A stretch of DNA of 24,000 bases from Bacillus sp. 1780r2a1 (GTDB lineage: Bacteria > Bacillota > Bacilli > Bacillales > Bacillaceae_H). Below, piece by piece: positions 22,340-24,000 of this stretch; the first letter of the stretch is position 1; each line of letters begins with the position of its first letter. The notes beneath the pieces were generated by a model that worked only from the letters and a program-made list of their open reading frames with translations, was not told the DNA's origin and ran no database searches. The DNA is taken from NCBI GenBank assembly GCA_024134725.1, contig CP099863.1:2763258-2787257 (forward strand), read 5' to 3'. The translations under genes and the position numbers were made by a program.

Positions 22340-23785
22340 ATGAAAAAACAAATTATGATTGCACTCATGCTTGTTACGTCACTAGCAGCGATGGAAGGTA
22401 CTATCGTTAGTACTGCTACACCTAGGATTACAAGTGATCTATCAGGCATTGAATTAGTAAGTTGGGTCTATGCAATTTATATGTTAGCAACAGCTGTGTC
22501 GACGCCCATTTATGGAAAGCTTGCTGACTTGTTGGGACGCAAACGCGTGTTACTCGTTGGCATCGTTATCTTTTTAATTGGATCAATGCTATGTGGAATG
22601 GCAATGAACATGACGCAACTCATTGTCTTTCGTGCTATTCAAGGCTTAGGAGCTGGAGCTGTTATGCCCATTACAATGACTATCATTGGCGACTTAAATA
22701 AAGAAGCTCAGGCTCGCGTAAAAGCACAAGGTTGGATTAGCGCTGTGTGGGGTGTTTCAGGGGTCATTGGCCCTTTATTAGGTGGATTTTTGGTGGATAC
22801 GCTATCGTGGCGCTACATCTTCTTTTTAAACGTTCCGTTTGGCCTTTTATCCTTGTTTATGATTGTGAAATATTACAAAGAACAAATTCTGAAAGAAAAA
22901 AGACATATTGATTATCCAGGGGCTGTTACTTTTTCATTAGGGGTTATCGCTTTGCTTTATGCGCTTTTAACAGGAAGCCAGACGCAGCAGTGGACCGACA
23001 ATTTACTTATCGGTTTGTTTAGCAGCTCGTTTGTGCTTTTTATTCTTTTCATTTGGATTCAGAAACAATCTCCTGAACCACTTGTACCCCTAAACCTGTT
23101 TTCGAACTCCACCATTACAACTGTTAACTTTTTAACACTATTCATGGGTGGTATTTTAATCAGCATAACAGTATACCTTCCTTTATTTACGCAAGGTATA
23201 CTTGGAAAAAGCGCTACAGCTGCTGGCTTTATGCTAATGCCAATGCCCGTTTGCTGGACGATTGGATCTATTTTTTCTGGTCAGCTCGTTTCAAAGTTAA
23301 AACCTACATATGTTATTACGCTTGGAACGATTTTTTTATTAATTGCAGCATCCTCTTTATTTTCATTAACACAGGAAGCATCTGATTGGTTCATTTATGC
23401 TTCAATTGGAATTCTTGGACTTGGTATGGGGATTATTACGCCTGTACTCATGCTGATTATTCAAGGTTCTGTACCACAACACAAACGTGGAACAGCTATT
23501 TCTTTAAATACCTTTACAAATACGTTTAGTCAGACTCTAGGAGCTGCCGTTTTTGGTACTTTGTTTAACCTTCAAGTGAATGCAAACGGCGGTGATAGCT
23601 CAATGATTAATTCATCTTTTGAACACCAAAAGATAGCTCCAAGTTCGTTAGCGTCCATTCAGGAGCATCTCTTTTCGGGTATCCATACGGTATTTACTTG
23701 CATCATGATTCTTGCATTTCTTTCCGTTATAATCGGGTTTGTCTTAATCAAAAAAGTTGGACAAAAAGAGCTGTCCCAGTCTTAA
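22340..23785 (+). CDS. MFS transporter, DHA2 (14-TM EmrB/QacA-like) drug:H+ antiporter family
   Basis: 481 aa. LADLLGRKRVLLVG (motif A), RAIQGLGAGAVMP and a 14-TM layout. SD AAAGGAAGG lies upstream. Confidence 0.9.
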   Translation: MKKQIMIALMLVTSLAAMEGTIVSTATPRITSDLSGIELVSWVYAIYMLATAVSTPIYGKLADLLGRKRVLLVGIVIFLIGSMLCGMAMNMTQLIVFRAIQGLGAGAVMPITMTIIGDLNKEAQARVKAQGWISAVWGVSGVIGPLLGGFLVDTLSWRYIFFLNVPFGLLSLFMIVKYYKEQILKEKRHIDYPGAVTFSLGVIALLYALLTGSQTQQWTDNLLIGLFSSSFVLFILFIWIQKQSPEPLVPLNLFSNSTITTVNFLTLFMGGILISITVYLPLFTQGILGKSATAAGFMLMPMPVCWTIGSIFSGQLVSKLKPTYVITLGTIFLLIAASSLFSLTQEASDWFIYASIGILGLGMGIITPVLMLIIQGSVPQHKRGTAISLNTFTNTFSQTLGAAVFGTLFNLQVNANGGDSSMINSSFEHQKIAPSSLASIQEHLFSGIHTVFTCIMILAFLSVIIGFVLIKKVGQKELSQS

Positions 23786-23827
23786 TTTGCAAAACTTTTA
23801 CAGTTATACTACTATTATTTCTATCCA

Positions 23828-23870
23828 GATAAAACAAGCCGCATTATACATTAATGCGGCTTGTTTTATC
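23828..23870. terminator. bidirectional terminator after the MFS gene
   Basis: GATAAAACAAGCCGCATTA / TAATGCGGCTTGTTTTATC form a 19-bp perfect stem with a 5-nt loop. Confidence 0.85.
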
Positions 23871-23944
23871 TTTGACTATATAAATTAGCAATTCGCTACT
23901 TAGCATTCTAAAGCTTATTTTCGTTTATAAAAAAGGAAGCAGCT

Positions 23945-24000
23945 TTATCTTAACGATAAAGCCATATGCTCTTCATCCCAATACTGTCCTTTATGCTTTA
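23945..24000 (-). CDS. possible 3' end of a minus-strand gene entering from the right edge
   Basis: The only minus frame open to the window edge reads ..KHKGQYWDEEHMALSLR-stop (TAA = rc of 23945-23947) and is convergent on the 23828-23870 terminator. It is far too short to identify. Confidence 0.25.
   Translation of the reverse strand, partial: KHKGQYWDEEHMALSLR

Noticed and set aside
22308-22343. TTG-initiated 11-codon uORF whose TGA overlaps the MFS ATG (possible attenuation leader)
   Set aside because: It has no SD, a non-ATG start at about the predicted TSS, and no alternative hairpins in the 40-nt leader.
1-24000. Scanned for CRISPR-like spaced repeats, tRNA/rRNA, IS/transposase/integrase genes, toxin-antitoxin pairs and known defence-system hallmarks (nuclease, helicase or ATPase clusters)
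   Set aside because: None was found by eye. All large ORFs have ordinary metabolic, transport, resistance or envelope assignments, so I do not claim a novel defence or mobile system in this window.

Overview
AT-rich chromosomal segment from a Firmicute. Protein sequences and SD/promoter style look like Bacillaceae, probably Priestia/Bacillus megaterium-like, but that is inference only. I support about 22 protein genes. They are a partial ykfB-like dipeptide epimerase (found by hand because it runs off the window start), an unknown membrane-anchored ORF, fosB, an erythromycin-esterase-family gene, csoR-copZ-copA, and a CUT1 sugar ABC importer (two permeases plus binding protein, no ATPase). 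The rest are a tiny DnaJ-type zinc-finger ORF, a secreted GH14 beta-amylase with CBM20, a Cof-type HAD phosphatase, an orphan GerAB-type germinant-receptor B subunit, maa, a thermitase-like S8 protease, an OatA-like acyltransferase-SGNH protein, a TerC/YjbE-like protein, a divergent TetR/membrane-protein pair, a PghP-like hydrolase, a TVP38/DedA-like protein, a DHA2 MFS exporter, and a very short partial ORF at the right edge. I see no rRNA, tRNA, CRISPR array, transposase, integrase, prophage block or recognisable defence, toxin or nuclease/ATPase module. I therefore cannot point to a convincing new multi-gene system, and the window reads as ordinary resistance, carbohydrate and envelope neighbourhoods. 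The items worth a second look are mostly at nucleotide scale. They are a 28-bp perfect palindrome encoding the same C-terminal tetrapeptide and the stop codons of two convergent genes; a twice-repeated 16-bp operator in a TetR divergon with an apparently leaderless tetR; and a probable ATT start codon. Also notable are a hairpin, promoter and CsoR-box arrangement between copZ and copA; a 17-bp perfect intercistronic hairpin in the ABC operon; perfect cre matches at the ABC and beta-amylase promoters; and a terminator-linked repeat family with a GC-rich decayed element. All coordinates and motifs were read by eye. No database search was possible.
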